From: Selaginella moellendorffii
Lineage: Eukaryota; Plantae; Lycopodiophyta
DNA length: 64,000 nt
Direction: 5' to 3'
Assembly: GCF_000143415.4 (NCBI RefSeq)
Contig: NW_003314271.1
Location: forward strand, 2,857,729-2,921,728
This document shows positions 52,573 through 64,000 of the stretch, in pieces. Numbering within the stretch: position 1 is the first letter of the stretch; the number at the start of each line of letters is the position of its first letter. A model generated the notes under the pieces. The model was not told where the DNA came from, did not search any database, and was given only the letters and a program-made list of their open reading frames with translations. The position numbers and the translations under genes were made by a program.

Positions 52573-52661
52573 TAACTCTTCTATTTAAAATCTTCCACGC
52601 GGCATCGTTCTATTCGTTGTTGCGAGGCATTCCCGCTCAAAATTTTGCCCTTGTTTTCGAC

Positions 52662-54030
52662 ATGGACGCTCTCGATGAAGAGCTTCTCTCCGCCAAGGCG
52701 AGGGGGCAAGTGATCGAGGCGCTGATCGTGCAGCCGATGAGGATTTCGCCGGATTTCAGCGTCGATGCGGCAGTGATCGCCACCGCGGGCTACAATGCGG
52801 AAGAGCTCAAGAAGCTGTGCAAGGAGGCAGGTTTGCGTGCTGTAGCTAGGAACGTTGGAGCGCATATGGAAGCGCATGGGGGCAGCCTCCGCCAGAGGTT
52901 CCATGAGGCCGATCTGCAACTCATGTTCGTGAGGACCGAAGATTTCATGGTAAGTCGGCTGATTTTGATTGAGATGAGCAATCTTTACTCGAAATCTTTC
53001 GATCTTTGGGCAAAATCACGAAGTTTTTCTCTGTTTTCTACAGGAGGCGCTTCCAAGGGTGCCTCGTTCGTCCAGAGAGGTTGGATTCGAAGGAATACCG
53101 ACAATCGGCTGGGATTTGGTCTACGCGCCTACAAATCTTCGCAGCGAGATCACATCCTTTCTCACTGGAACTTTCGAGGTGACTTATCTGTGTCTCGACT
53201 CTTGAGGTTAATGGTTTGTTGCAGTCGGGCTATTTGCTTCTTTGTGGTCCATCTGGCTGCGGGAAAAGAACGGTGACCAAAGCTGCTTGCCATGAAGCTC
53301 GCCTCAACTTCATCTATGTGGAGGTTCTTTTCAGTTCTTTCCGTCCTTGTTTTCTTCGCTCTTGTTTTCCAGGGACGACGACTCATGATGCGAGGACCGG
53401 ACTCGATCAAAAAGCTGTTTAGCCTGGCAAAGGCAGCAGAACCGACACTCGTGTATTTCGATGAGACCGAAGAGCTGATCGCAGAGAAGGACTGGGACAA
53501 GTTGGTTGAAGTGGTGAAAACGCTCTCGGCGAGTGATCACGTCCGTGTCATAATGGCTGCGAAAAAGTGAGCTCTAGCTCTCAGACAATGCTTGTTCTAG
53601 CTTCTAACACTCTAAACTTACTTGGCTTCGACTAAACTAGGCAGGCCGAGGAGCTCCAGGACGCCACGAAAACGCTGGAGTTCCAGCTGCCTGAAGAGAC
53701 TGGCAGGGAAGTCATGCTGCGGACTCTCTTGACCAACAAATCTGTTGCCGACGACGTGGACTTCCAGCGAATTGCAGAGCTGACCGAGAAGTTGACATAT
53801 GCGGACTTGAGGAGGCTGGTACGTTAACTGTGCTCGTCCTCTGATTTATGAAAGCTTTTACGAAACCTTTCGTTGTGCAGACCAGCGACGCCTCGGAAAT
53901 ATGCCTAAGGGAATTTCAAGCTCAGAAACAACTCGGGACAGGAGGCCCAGGGCGTCCCATGCTCCAGCACAAGCACTTCATGCAGGCCCTTCTTCGAGAC
54001 CTGCCAGTAGATTGGTTTCTCATCCAGTGA
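52662..54030 (+). CDS. Truncated, degenerate CDC48-like AAA protein (D1 lid plus D2 domain)
   Basis: [21 protein letters not shown] lid, [16 protein letters not shown] linker, [11 protein letters not shown] Walker A, PTLVYFDE Walker [23 protein letters not shown]; GT-AG introns appear to keep the frame. Confidence 0.65.
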
Positions 54031-54222
54031 AGATGGTAAGCTGTGACGAATTGCGAGCGACACAAACTGATGCCTTGGCTGGTTATGCAGGACCGATTGG
54101 TAGTTTAGCAGCGATCGGCTCGCTCAAAAGAAATGTAAATTCAACGAGACAATGCACGGCCAGCGTTACAAAAATCTTTTCAGTACCTAGTGGCCGAAAA
54201 AAAATTTGAGACTCGCTATTGG

Positions 54223-56695
<2,473 letters not shown>

Positions 56696-56700
56696 CGCAT

Positions 56701-56708
56701 AAACCCTA
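56701..56708. promoter_or_regulatory. Telo-box (AAACCCTA) immediately upstream of the NVL-like ATG
   Basis: Exact motif 6 bp from the start codon. Telo-boxes are typical of plant ribosome-biogenesis genes. Other copies lie near several gene starts (~8914, ~27933, ~37410, ~43728, 58534). Confidence 0.5.
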
Positions 56709-56740
56709 AACCTAGGCCCGCCAAGATGAAAATTTGAGCG

Positions 56741-58531
56741 TTACTCATCGACAAAGTAAACATACGAAGATTTCGCCGCGCGCGACGAGAATTTCGCTGG
56801 ATCTTCCAACTTGCATGGAAGATCTCGCGGTTTCTCTGTCGCTTGGTTCGTTTGCCGAGCATTTGACTCGATCTTTTCGCGCTGCTGCTGCCTTGATGGC
56901 GTGCAATCCAGAGGACCGGAGAGATTAACGATCTCTGGCGGGATTTGCCACACTGCTCGAGCGATCTCCTCGGCGAGATCCGCCATCACCGTCTCTGCAA
57001 TGCCATACTCGTAGCGATCATCGTTGACAACCCCGTTTGCGTTTGTATAGATCGTTGCAGCCAGGAAGAAGCTCCTCCCGGTTTCTACGTCGACGACATA
57101 GCTGCGAGAGAAGGATTGCACGAACTAGGAAAACCATCGCAAGAGCTGCTTACGCGTTCTCGGTTGTGAAGCCAAATGCCTGGCCAACTTTGTTGTATAT
57201 GCGCAGAGCTCCTTTGTTGCGCACCCGGCATAGCCCCGGCAAGAACAGCTGCAAGGAAATCTTTTACGATGAGACGATCAAACTAGATAAGATGGTTCTT
57301 CACCTTGCAAAAATCGTCCGGGTAGTGATAGTACTGAGGATTGGAGGACTCGGCTGGACACTGAGACATTGCTTCCATTAGCAGCTTTAATGTTTCCTCG
57401 TCCAGATCGAGAGGAGAATTATCTAACTTCATCCATACAGCAGCCAAAGCGTGAGCGATATATAAACTGATTTTACAAACGCAAACTTACGTCGATGTCC
57501 GGTCGGGTGACTTTGATCAAGAGGTTTTGGAGATCGAGAAGGCTGATGCAGTTCTTCTCGGAGAAATCCATGGGCTCGTTCACCTGGCAAGTCATTTCTT
57601 AGAAGAGTTTTCCGATCGGAAAGAAGAGAATGGATGAATAGTTACCAAGCTTCCATCTGCGATGTAAGCGTTCCCTACTTGCAGTCCCTGCGAGGGAGTG
57701 TTTCCTGGCAGAGTTAGACCACTCCGTTTCGGAGGAACAGCAGCGCGCTCTTCGAATCCAACCGGTCTGCAAGTAATGTTCATGCCACTGGACGACGAGA
57801 ACTTTCCTGCGAGGTGATGGCGAAGCCTTGCGCTGGGAAGATTTGCGTGCCACCTGCAGTGTATCCGAAAGTTGATTGTGTGTGTTTTTTTTTCTTTTGT
57901 CATGCTGCTGCTTGAAAACGCTCACATTGTCTCGTTCAGCCAGCGGTGGCCAACAAAATCATACAGCCGATTGAAAGCTCGATTGTCCGAGACCTGTCAA
58001 CAACACATTTATATGAGAAGGATGTAGAAAAATCCAAAGAAACGAATACCAGGAAAAGCTTTCGAAGTTCATGAGCAACAGTGATCCTTTGGCCATCCAG
58101 ATTGCTCGCATCATAATGCTCCAAAAGTCCTCCTTCATTTAAAGGATAAAACTGGAGAGCACTAGAACAGGAAATCCCAGGTCCTGTGGAAACTCAACAA
58201 AAAAAGTTTCAACCGCTAACAAGAAAGAGTATGGCGAACCCATAGTCTCCCTGACGCGTCCGAGTTTTAGCAATGCTGCTATCACTCCACAGAATTTTAT
58301 AGCACTGCAAAACATCCAGTTAAACAAGATCTCACAATAAGAAAACAAGAACTTATACCTGGCTGGATAGAAATACTCGGATCCAGCACGGAATCCATGG
58401 CGAACAAGGCAGGGAGTGCCGATCTCGTCCTCGGCAACCTCGGAAAATTGTACCTGGAATCGGAAATCAGCCGCATTGTCCACAATCGACCCGAATTTCT
58501 CTGGGCGCGCTCTGAGTAGGCTCTCAATCAT
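56741..58531 (-). CDS. Beta-lactamase/penicillin-binding-protein-fold serine hydrolase (class A-like), multi-exon
   Basis: YFYPASAIK (SxxK, split by an intron), VSDNRAFNRLYDFVG (SxN), YNKVGQAFGF (KxG), FFLAATIYTNANGVVNDDRYEY. Confidence 0.85.
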
Positions 58532-58639
58532 TTAAACCCTAAATATCGTAATAAACTTACTGAGTCTCGGCCAGGGCGGGCAAAGGCTGCGTGCGTGTGT
58601 TCTCACCGTTCACTCAGCCACTAAAGGAAAAAAGATTTG

Positions 58640-58711
58640 CGCCGTTGCCGGGGATCGAACCCGGGTCGTCCGCGTGACAGGCGGAAATACTCACCACTAT
58701 ACTACAACGAC
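58640..58711 (-). tRNA. trnD-GUC: tRNA-Asp(GUC)
   Basis: GTCGTTGTAGTATAGTGGTGAGTATTTCCGCCTGTCACGCGGACGACCCGGGTTCGATCCCCGGCAACGGCG; cloverleaf; T6 terminator just downstream. Confidence 0.97.
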
Positions 58712-59203
58712 ATCACATTATAAATTTAATTATTACCTAGTTTAATGATTTTTGGAGCTTAATTTAGATTAACACATAACCATTAAAATCAGCAGAAAAA
58801 TCAAGAATATGCTCCTACCAATCATGAGTTTGGCGGGCTTGAAATGACTTTAAATCTAGTCACAGGAACCACCACACTATCAACTACCAGTTCCATACAA
58901 CAAAAATATAAAAGAAAATCTCTAGCATGGTGCTCGACATCGATGACCCTCAACAACAAACGTTCATTGAATTGGACGATGGAAACAAACGTGATTAAAT
59001 CACTCTATATTCATCTATCGTGCCATGCCTGTTATAGTGCCACGTAGGCTGCTATAACAAATACGAGAGCGCGATCCATTGCTTTCTTCGGTAGGGTTCT
59101 TCGCTTCCTCCGTCAGAAACTCCATCTGGTCTTGCGGTTGTCTAGCGATTCCTGCAGAAATCTCATCGTTCTTGACAGAAATTTTTGCTGGATTTGTTTC
59201 CCC

Positions 59204-59542
59204 ATGGCGACACTCAAGAGAGGCGTCTCGTTTCGGAGGCAGGGATCTTCGGGATTGAGCTGGGCGGAGAACTGGACGTTTACAGAGGAGGGGATGTTCC
59301 ACAATCAATCCAAAGCTGCAATTGCGAGGGGCGATCAGATGATCACAAATCGTGAGCATCCTGCCACGCTTGGTCGCAGCGCTAGCACTGGCCACGGGGG
59401 AGGATCGATGAAGCATCTCCAATTTCGCAGCGCGGACGCGATGGTGGATTGCGATGGCGCTGGAGGCCAGAAATCGCGATCCCGGAGCATTCTTGGCTGG
59501 CTCAAGGGAAGAATTTATTCGAGAAAGGCATCTAAATCGTAG
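59204..59542 (+). CDS. MASS (MAPK substrate in the stomatal lineage)-like small protein, copy 1
   Basis: MATLKRGVSFRRQGSSGLSW N-terminal family motif; basic amphipathic C-terminus ILGWLKGR. Confidence 0.8.
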   Translation: MATLKRGVSFRRQGSSGLSWAENWTFTEEGMFHNQSKAAIARGDQMITNREHPATLGRSASTGHGGGSMKHLQFRSADAMVDCDGAGGQKSRSRSILGWLKGRIYSRKASKS

Positions 59543-59623
59543 AACACATTGAGGGAACGTTAGAATCAAAAAGATGAAAAAATTTAGCAGATCGGAGAAA
59601 TACAAAGCAGAAAAAATGAAAAT

Positions 59624-59705
59624 CGTGGATGGCAGGATTCGAACCTGCGCGGGCAAAGCCCACATGATTTCGAGTCATGCCCGATAACCACTCCGGCACA
59701 TCCAC
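59624..59705 (-). tRNA. trnS-CGA: tRNA-Ser(CGA), copy 1
   Basis: 82-nt cloverleaf with a long variable arm; anticodon arm CATGA-CTCGAAA-TCATG; T-run downstream. Confidence 0.96.
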
Positions 59706-59942
59706 AACTTGCAGTCAACTTCATGCACAAACACATTTTACTCCCACTAGGTTAACTTTACGAACATATCGAATATACTTTCATTGACCGTCAATACATG
59801 GTTTTGGTATAAAAGAAGACAAGATCATTGTTTCATTGTACTCATGGTTTTCCGGTCTCTCTCCCTAGCTTGATCTTAGTTCGATCTCATCAATATCTAC
59901 ATTGTATTAGGATTCTCGTGGCTATTTTGCTTTGGGTCTTCC

Positions 59943-60290
59943 ATGGCGACGCTCAAGCGAGGGGTGTCTTTCCGGAGGCAAGGATCGTCGGGGTTGAGCT
60001 GGGCCGAGAACTGGGCATTCACGGAGGAAGGGATGTTCCAGACGTCTCGGGGGCTGGGATCCGGGGCACAAGGCGGCGAGATCATCTATCACGAGACCTC
60101 GTCTCATCCCTCCACTCTCAACCACAGCTCGTCCGGCACTGGAGGAGGATCTCATGGGGCCGGAGGAGCATCGGCGGCGTTGGGATCGCCAGGGGACTTC
60201 GATGGTGGCGCCACCGATCTCCACCAGAGATCTCATCACGGTGTTCTTGGCTGGATCAAGGGGAGGATGAGAAAGGCCTCTAGAACTTAG
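59943..60290 (+). CDS. MASS-like small protein, copy 2
   Basis: MATLKRGVSFRRQGSSGLSWAENW...VLGWIKGR. Confidence 0.8.
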   Translation: MATLKRGVSFRRQGSSGLSWAENWAFTEEGMFQTSRGLGSGAQGGEIIYHETSSHPSTLNHSSSGTGGGSHGAGGASAALGSPGDFDGGATDLHQRSHHGVLGWIKGRMRKASRT

Positions 60291-60494
60291 ATCAGAGATC
60301 TTTTCGCTTGTGGAGCTCTTGGAGTGATCTTCACAAGTACCATGTTGCTATCAGAGAGTAAAATCAAATCCATGTAAATACAAATGTGTGTTCGTGGATG
60401 GTTGGAAGATTCTCCAGCATTTGGTCGACAAAAGCCTGGCATGCCAAACAAAAGCCTCACATGCCAGGAAAAACAAGGTCAACAAAACAGCTTC

Positions 60495-60559
60495 CGTGAA
60501 TGGCAGGATTCGAACCTGCGCGAGCAAAGCTCGCATGATTGCCCGATAACCACTCCGGC
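60495..60559 (-). pseudogene. tRNA-Ser pseudogene (anticodon deleted, 5' acceptor strand lost)
   Basis: Matches the tRNA-Ser copies, but 9 nt (TCGAGTCAT on +) are missing and the 5' end is replaced. Confidence 0.88.
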
Positions 60560-60736
60560 CTTGCAAGATTTGACGTGGCAACAGACATTGTGATAGGTGA
60601 CGTGGCCGTAGTTTGGCGGGCTTGAGGGAACGATCTGGTCAAACGCTTGATCAAGCGGTAGATCCTCCGATAGAAACTCAATCGTTTCTCGCGGGGTTAG
60701 AATCTCGTCGCTGTTGACACAATTTCTTGTTGGAAT

Positions 60737-61012
60737 TCGGCGACGCTCAAGAGAGGGGCCCGTGTCGAAGGCAGGGATGTTCGGATCTTCCGCCAAAGAT
60801 CTGGACGTTTACAGAGAAAGGGATGTTCCACAAAAAATCCAGGATCAATCAAGCCGCGGGGGCGACTCTCGGATATCACGAATGGTGGGGATCCAGCCAT
60901 GCTTTGGCCATGGAGCACGCAGGATGCATTGCGAGTTGCTGGAGGCTAGAAGTCGCGTGTTCTTGGCTGGTTCAAAGGAAGAATCTCTTCGAGAAAAGCG
61001 TCTAAACATTAG
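60737..61012 (+). pseudogene. MASS-like pseudogene, copy 3
   Basis: GCGACGCTCAAGAGAGG...TGGACGTTTACAGAG...TTCTTGGCTGGTTCAAAGGAAGAAT is homologous to copy 1; ATG lost, frameshifts. Confidence 0.8.
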
Positions 61013-61296
61013 AATCTGAAAAGGAAGACATCAAAATCGTAGACCACTCTCAAGGCAGGAAGAAATGCCGAGGACTTCGCGACGGTGGTGCAGGCAAGAC
61101 GATCGCGAAGATTTCCCGCTTCTCTTCATGAATCGCCCACGTAAACACTTACGATCTTTGCTTTGATTAGACTCCACGCTGTAGAACGCGAAAGAAACCA
61201 GGAAGAACGAAACCAAACTTGCAGGCCATTGCCACTAGCAAGGGACATGGAAGATCAAACAGCAACAATTGGAGCAAAAAAGAATGGCAGGATATA

Positions 61297-61378
61297 CGTG
61301 GATGGCAGGATTCGAACCTGCGCGGGCAGAGCCCACATGATTTCGAGTCATGCCCGATAACCACTCCGGCACATCCAC
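61297..61378 (-). tRNA. trnS-CGA: tRNA-Ser(CGA), copy 2
   Basis: Identical to copy 1 except one variable-loop base; T6 run downstream. Confidence 0.96.
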
Positions 61379-62103
61379 ATTGCGTCCCACTTTCCTCAAT
61401 GTGCTCGCCTTCCCCAGTTGAGCAAGTCAGCATAGCTCCACGTGGCGCGCGCTGACAAGCCCGCCATCGACATTGGTGTTTGAGAGCAACACATGCAACG
61501 CAACGCCCAGTCGCTTTAGACCGGGACTTACGCGCAACAGCGAGGACAATGCCCCTTAAATCTAGACTTGCCTCTCTTGCTTTGGGGCAATCTATAGAAT
61601 GCCTCTCTTGCTTTGCGGCGAGCGACAAGCGAGGATTCGAGCTAGCGCGGTGGCGGTGGCGGCTTTCTGGGTCGAGAAAATAGGGTTCTATGCCTGAAGT
61701 TCCACTCGCGTGTCTTCTAGTCTGGCAGCGGCGATGGCAGCGATTGTCAATACCGTGGGGCCGATTTAAATTCGCTCTCAGGATTTGCTTTCACTGTCAG
61801 GTACCGTGGGAGTGTTCGTTTAGCTGTCTGTGTTGGATGCGTTCCAGTGATAGAAGTGTGTTCTCGTTTTCTGTGTTGTCTCCTAGACTCCACTTCCTCT
61901 CTTGTGATCTAAACTGGCTTCTTGGAGAGAACTCAAGCCTGGTTTCTTCGTAAAAAGCGTGAAATGTGATCGGCTTTTGTGTTCTTCTGTTTTCTCGTGA
62001 TAAATCTAGCTTTACTCTAATCGGATTCGCAACCATCACCGCCAAGATCACGACCGCAACAACATCGTAAGAAGAACCACTCACCACCAATCGACGTCCA
62101 TCA

Positions 62104-62454
62104 ATGGCTTCTCTCAGCCGGGGGGTGTCGATCAGGAGGCAGGGATCGTCGGGGCGGAGCTGGGCCGACTCGCTGGGCCTCAACAACACGGTGGAGCCGG
62201 CGCAGAGATTTAGCAGTAGCAACACCAGGGGCGGCAAGGGCGATGGGATCACCAAGAAGACGATCATGGTTCCGGACAGCGACGACGATCACCAAGGCCA
62301 CCACCATCGCAGCAGTGCAAAGTCGTCGACGGTGATGAACAGGAGTGGCAGCCACAGGGAGGAGCAGCGGCGAAAGTCTTCGTCTTGTTCGTTGTCCAGG
62401 GGTGGTGGTGTAATCGGTTGGCTCAAGAACAGGTTTCGAAGGGTGAGATTTTGA
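62104..62454 (+). CDS. MASS-like small protein, copy 4 (divergent)
   Basis: MASLSRGVSIRRQGSSGRSWAD...VIGWLKNR. Confidence 0.78.
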   Translation: MASLSRGVSIRRQGSSGRSWADSLGLNNTVEPAQRFSSSNTRGGKGDGITKKTIMVPDSDDDHQGHHHRSSAKSSTVMNRSGSHREEQRRKSSSCSLSRGGGVIGWLKNRFRRVRF

Positions 62455-63053
62455 GAGATTCTTCATCTTCCTTTTCTTGCTTGATACGAGGAAATGTAAC
62501 TTGCTAAGCCAAATTATACCATTTTGGCAAGATTTATTATTTTTGGTTTGCTTAAGCAAACTTATAAGGGATGGTAGTGAATATACCTAGAATATGCTTG
62601 GATATTTTAGGATATTTTACCATCTAACGGTTGGTATTCATTTAGATTAATCTGGTATTTATAATTTATAAACATGTTTATAATTTATAAACTTTCCTAA
62701 ACCCTTTCTAGTATATTCTTTTCTATTCTATCATCTAATGGTTGATATGCAATAAGATTAATCTTGTGTTTATAAATTACAAACATGCTTATAATTATAA
62801 ACTTTATTTGATCAATTAGATTAATAAGTAATAATAAAATTACCATTAAGCAAACCAAGCTTTGCTACATGCAACGCATAGCAATTTTTTTCATCTTTTA
62901 TAATTAAAAAGAACTTTTCATATGAAAACATTTAAGGTCAATATTTTATATCCTTTTAGTTTAAAATGTTACATGTGAAGATTGATGTTTACACGGGATT
63001 AATAATTGCTAAAATGCAAAGAGATATATAAAATTATATATGTTACAATAAGT

Positions 63054-64000
63054 TGTGAGGGCCAAGTGTACAGCTACGATATTAATATTAGTGTAGTGGG
63101 ATTTTGATAGCTGTTAGATTGGTTTCAATCCAAACCATTTGCTCCTGTATATAAGCTAGGGTTTTTGGGCTAATTAATATGAACATTTCTATATTCCCTT
63201 TCCATATTCCATGCACTCACATTGGTGGAGGTGAAAGGCACTTTTGATTGTCCCTAGGGAGTGCTTGGATTTCGGATTTTGGTTTGGATTTAGCTTTTGC
63301 ATTGTCTAGATCTAGTTTTTTCCATTTCTTTTCTTTTGTTCTTTTCTTTCAAGATTTTGGTTTAGATCTAGCTTTTTGCATTGTCTAGATCTACCATTTC
63401 CTTCCAGCTTTTTGTCATTTATCTTCTTTTGCTCTTTCTTCGTTTGTCTTCATGGCAGATAAGCAATTTCCTCCTTTGACTCTGGAGCAGCAATTGGTAC
63501 AATTGCTTGATGCTATGCGCTTGCAATTGAACAACCAAACTCAGTTGATGGTGGCGTTCACGGCACATGGTACAACTCCTCCTACTCTTGGTGCCAATCT
63601 TCACGTTCGGCTAGAGTTCTTTTGCGGGAATCTTGGGGATGATGTGTACCATTGGTTCGATCACTTCACGATGATTGCCACATATCATTCTTGGGATGAT
63701 GCTCGACGTTTGCATGAGTTTCCCACGTGTCTTCAAGGGACGGCGTTGCAGTGGTATAATGGTTTGAGTGCAGCCACTCGTGGGGATTGGAGTGTTCTCC
63801 CGGATGTCTTCAAACGTGCCTTCGGACATACCGACGACTGTGACGATGCCTTCCAACAATTGCATCGTCTTTGCCAAGTGCCATCTGAGTCGGTGATGCA
63901 ATTTGGTGTTCATTTTCGAAGTCTTTTGCTTCGTGCGGAGACAAATATGTTAGAGCGGATCAAGCTAGGAATGTTGTGGCTAACACTTCGTCAAGATCTT
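63054..64000 (+). mobile_element. 5' end of a Ty3/gypsy-like LTR retrotransposon: 168-bp LTR (63054-63221), PBS (63223-63233), leader, gag
   Basis: TGTGAG...CTCACA inverted termini, TATATAAG at 63148, TGGTGGAGGTG one base after the LTR, followed by a gag ORF. Confidence 0.85.
63452..64000 (+). CDS. gag: Retrotransposon Gag (partial, runs off the window)
   Basis: Open frame MADKQFPP...VYHWFDHF...WDDARRL...CLQGTALQWYNGL...WSVLPDVFKRAF...LHRLCQ..ESVMQF (retrotrans_gag pattern). Absent from the ORF track because no stop falls in the window. Confidence 0.85.
   Translation, partial: MADKQFPPLTLEQQLVQLLDAMRLQLNNQTQLMVAFTAHGTTPPTLGANLHVRLEFFCGNLGDDVYHWFDHFTMIATYHSWDDARRLHEFPTCLQGTALQWYNGLSAATRGDWSVLPDVFKRAFGHTDDCDDAFQQLHRLCQVPSESVMQFGVHFRSLLLRAETNMLERIKLGMLWLTLRQDL

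Noticed and set aside
52372-52660. ORFs rich in Y/I/M/C
   Set aside because: Translation of the (TA/TG)n microsatellite; the real gene starts at ATG 52662.
56741-58531. Bacterial contamination as the source of the beta-lactamase-like gene
   Set aside because: Multiple spliceosomal GT-AG introns, including one splitting the catalytic Ser codon, and plant genes on both sides.

Overview
Eukaryotic, gene-dense land-plant nuclear DNA with introns of mostly 50-70 nt and very short intergenic spacers. The architecture and gene content suggest a lycophyte, most likely Selaginella (inference). All family assignments come from recognised motifs, not database searches. Left to right: an LTR-retroelement remnant; an orphan tail-anchored protein with a duplicated exon; a PPR pseudogene; TBC Rab-GAP; HisHF; a 12-Cys secreted peptide; a SPRING/C12orf49-like protein; cytosolic PGI; TFIIIC B-block-binding subunit; HAD-IIA hydrolase; RS2Z splicing factor; two PLS-E PPR genes; MSRA; a degenerate bZIP17/28-like factor; a convergent pair of intronless Uma2/Crinkler-type PD-(D/E)xK nuclease-like genes around a kinase relic; a coiled-coil gene; SMO1; ALT thioesterase; VSR; an AAA-ATPase cluster (NVL/CDC48C-like, a degenerate CDC48-like gene and a decayed duplicate of both); a bacterial-type beta-lactamase/PBP-fold gene; tRNA-Asp; a tandem array of MASS-like gene plus tRNA-Ser(CGA) units; and the 5' end of a Ty3/gypsy element. 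Best candidates for new biology: the nuclease-like pair (37.4-40.1 kb), the intron-bearing beta-lactamase-like gene between tRNA-Asp and NVL, the SPRING plus GnT-V-like domain fusion, and the MASS/tRNA array with reciprocal pseudogenisation.
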